Part shown: positions 23,129 through 25,000 of the stretch, in pieces
How the letters are laid out: each line of letters starts with the position of its first letter
How positions within the stretch are numbered: the stretch's first letter is position 1
Program-made: the position numbers and the translations under genes
Origin: Takakia lepidozioides
Lineage: Eukaryota > Plantae > Bryophyta
Assembly: GCA_030704615.1 (NCBI GenBank)
Contig: JAKLZA010000091.1
Coordinates: 1-25,000 of the forward strand
Length of the DNA: 25,000 nt
Direction: 5' to 3'
The notes under the pieces: generated by a model
Seen by the model: the letters and a program-made list of their open reading frames with translations, nothing else
What the model was told of the DNA's origin: nothing
The model's database searches: none

Positions 23129-23640
23129 GTAAATGCCTGTTGGATTACAGAGAGTAGCAAATGCAATTGAGCATAAGAACTAGTGTGATAAGTTGAGTTG
23201 GGTGTTTCCTAGAACAATTCTAGGCTTTCATTGTCAGTTGCTAGCAACACGGAAAAGGTGAATGTATGATTTGTGCAGAGGCATGGATAGCTGAAGGAGC
23301 AGGGATAGAGTGTTGGTCCAGATTCATTTAAGAGGGTCAGATTTCAAGCTCCACATTACCTGTGATTCCCTGTGGATCAATAGCTACCAGAAACCTGCAT
23401 GGGTAGATGGTCAACTGGCAGCAGCGGCACAATTGATATAATCAGGCACTGCTAATGAAAGCATCTTCTTCAGCACATTTCACCATATTTTTCCCTCTTA
23501 TTAGAATCGGCCCTAACTTTCCATGTTGAATTCTGCAAGTTAGCTGGTTGAGTGAATCTAGTTTGGAGTGACTTTGACATGATACTGCTGATGTGACAAC
23601 AGGAAAGTATCCAGAAACAAGTAACAGAGACAAGGACAAG

Positions 23641-23697
23641 CTGTGGAATGAATAGTTTTCTGACCCCAGTCAATGGTGGGACAATCGAGGCAAGAAG
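23641..23697 (+). pseudogene. OSB-type 'PDF' motif exon fragment, copy 2
   Basis: LWNE*FSDPSQWWDNRGKK followed by AG|GTGAAT. Confidence 0.75.
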
Positions 23698-24080
23698 GTG
23701 AATGCTTGTTGGATTATAGAGAGTAGCAGATGCAATTGAGCATAGGAACTAGTGTGATAAGTTGAGTTGGGTGTTTCCTAGAACAAATCTAGGCTGTCAT
23801 CGTCAGCTGCTAGCAGCAAGACAATGATGTATGCTTGATTTGTGCAGAGGCATGGATAGCTGAAGGAGCAGGGATATAGTGTGGGTCCAGACTCAGGTGT
23901 TTCCGCCTTGGCAGGTTGCTCAGTGACCTTCCCTGGTAGCTTTGGAGTATAGTGAGTGTCTCACAATGCAATGTTGGTTGGTGCATCTTATGCATGAACT
24001 TGGAAAACAAACAAATGTCATTTTTTGGAGCTTTAGGCTGAACCTCTGTGTTGGGCTGCACTGTGCAGCCTGGCCTCTGC

Positions 24081-24125
24081 CTCAGACTCAGACTCAGACT
24101 CAGACTCAGACTCAGACTCAGACTC
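24081..24125 (+). repeat. (CTCAGA)7.5 microsatellite
   Basis: Directly visible. Confidence 0.97.
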
Positions 24126-24299
24126 TTTGATCTCAGACTGAAATGTATTTGGGCAATGAAGCACTTATGTAATTTTGAATTATCGTTGCATCTGCTCATT
24201 CTATCTGTTGTTCTGGCCATGCTTAGTCAGTTCTTCATTCCATGAGCAGGTTGTTGCCGTGATGCTTTGGAATTGTGTTTAGGTATCTTTAGATCGTGA

Positions 24300-24857
24300 T
24301 ACTGACCACAAGCAACCTACGGTGAATTGTGGTATCCTCCACATTTATGTGGAATGTCCTACAACGTAGGCCGTAGTATATTTCACACCCGCTATGGTCT
24401 TCTCCACAATTATGTGGAATGACCTACAGTATAGGCAGTAAAATACTCCACACTCACACCAAGAGTTGCTCTAAAATACGCCACATGTTGCCCCGACAAA
24501 AATACACGTGGTGCCCATACCGTTGCCCAGATGTCGTCAAGCCATGGTGACAGGCTGTCGCATAATTTTCCAGTAGACGTGGACAAGTCCACACCCTTTG
24601 TACGTCTAGGATCCACGTGGTGGTGTTCGCCAAACCACACGTCGCCCGTGGAAAAAGCCATTCACCCCGTGAAAAAAGCCACCTGTGGATTCAGCCACCC
24701 GTGGACTTTTCCACAGGGCCACCCGAGAGCCAGGCCATCCACGGGGTGTCCGAAAGCACTAGTCGTTTCTTACACCCACGTCAGGTGTGGATTGCGGCCG
24801 ATTCCACAACAAAAAATGTGGAAAAAACCGTGGAAAAAACCGGTTTCTCTTCTAGTG
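24300..24857. repeat. CACTA-type subterminal repeat region and TIR
   Basis: Many CCACR/YGTGG(A) motifs in both orientations. A ~64-bp tandem pair (~24337 and ~24402) each contains the palindrome tccaca-wwta-tgtgga. gtggaaaaaacc occurs twice just before TAGTG. Confidence 0.75.
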
Positions 24858-25000
24858 TACCTTAAACTGTTTGAATCTTTCAAACTCCAGACTTGTGATT
24901 TGATAAGTAAACAACTGTAAATCTACAGAAATCATCTAGTGCTCTCCAAGAATTATGAATGATTTACACCTTCCAACAGAAAAAAAAGTGATTCAAATGT
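24858..25000. repeat. Continuation of the ~350-bp satellite array
   Basis: taccttaaactgtttgaatctttcaaactccagacttgtgatttgataagtaaacaactg continues the unit interrupted at 22544 and runs off the window. Confidence 0.95.

Larger units (their letters stand above)
22740..23895 (+). repeat. Tandem duplication, two diverged ~565-bp units
   Basis: gggatagagtgt..ccagatt occurs at ~22740, ~23301 and ~23871. gcatggatagctgaaggagcaggg occurs at 23281 and 23850. Internal blocks are collinear. Confidence 0.92.
22545..24857. mobile_element. Non-autonomous CACTA (En/Spm)-like insertion with captured gene fragments; only the right TIR is present
   Basis: The right end ...ggtttctcttcTAGTG is CACTAgaagagaaacc on the minus strand. 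TAC is present on both sides (22542-22544 and 24858-24860) and the satellite register resumes exactly. Dense subterminal repeats at 24300-24850. The left end lacks CACTA. Confidence 0.7.

Noticed and set aside
23810-24245. ORFs with SLSLSL / QTQTQT / LRLRLR tracts
   Set aside because: These are artefacts of the (CTCAGA)n microsatellite.
24410-24920. 129-aa and overlapping ORFs
   Set aside because: They lie in GC-richer subterminal repeats and cross the element boundary into the satellite; no protein motif.

Overview
AT-rich, repeat-dense eukaryotic DNA, most likely a land-plant nuclear genome (it carries a PLS-type PPR fragment and OSB 'PDF'-motif fragments). No intact gene is visible. 1-12 kb is a nest of decayed transposons: a Gypsy integrase remnant, a Gag zinc knuckle, a truncated LINE, and above all one Helitron family. 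That family is present as a decayed Rep-encoding copy (~6.4-10.0 kb) and several deleted derivatives, two of which form a ~1.9-kb fold-back (3285-5211). Three diverged copies of an unannotated ~200-250 aa ORF (1410-2152 -, ~3000-3584 +, 4889-5211 -) are tied by shared flanking sequence to the region upstream of Rep. Their consensus resembles a T7 gp2.5/giant-virus-type OB-fold ssDNA-binding protein rather than the RPA70 known from plant Helitrons; this is the most interesting signal. 12.1-25 kb is a tandem array of ~350-bp units (about 30 up to 22544, continuing past the window end), about half of each unit being a Copia integrase fragment. The array is interrupted in register by a 2.3-kb one-ended CACTA-like insertion carrying PPR and duplicated OSB gene fragments. 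All alignments and translations were done by eye; no searches were run.
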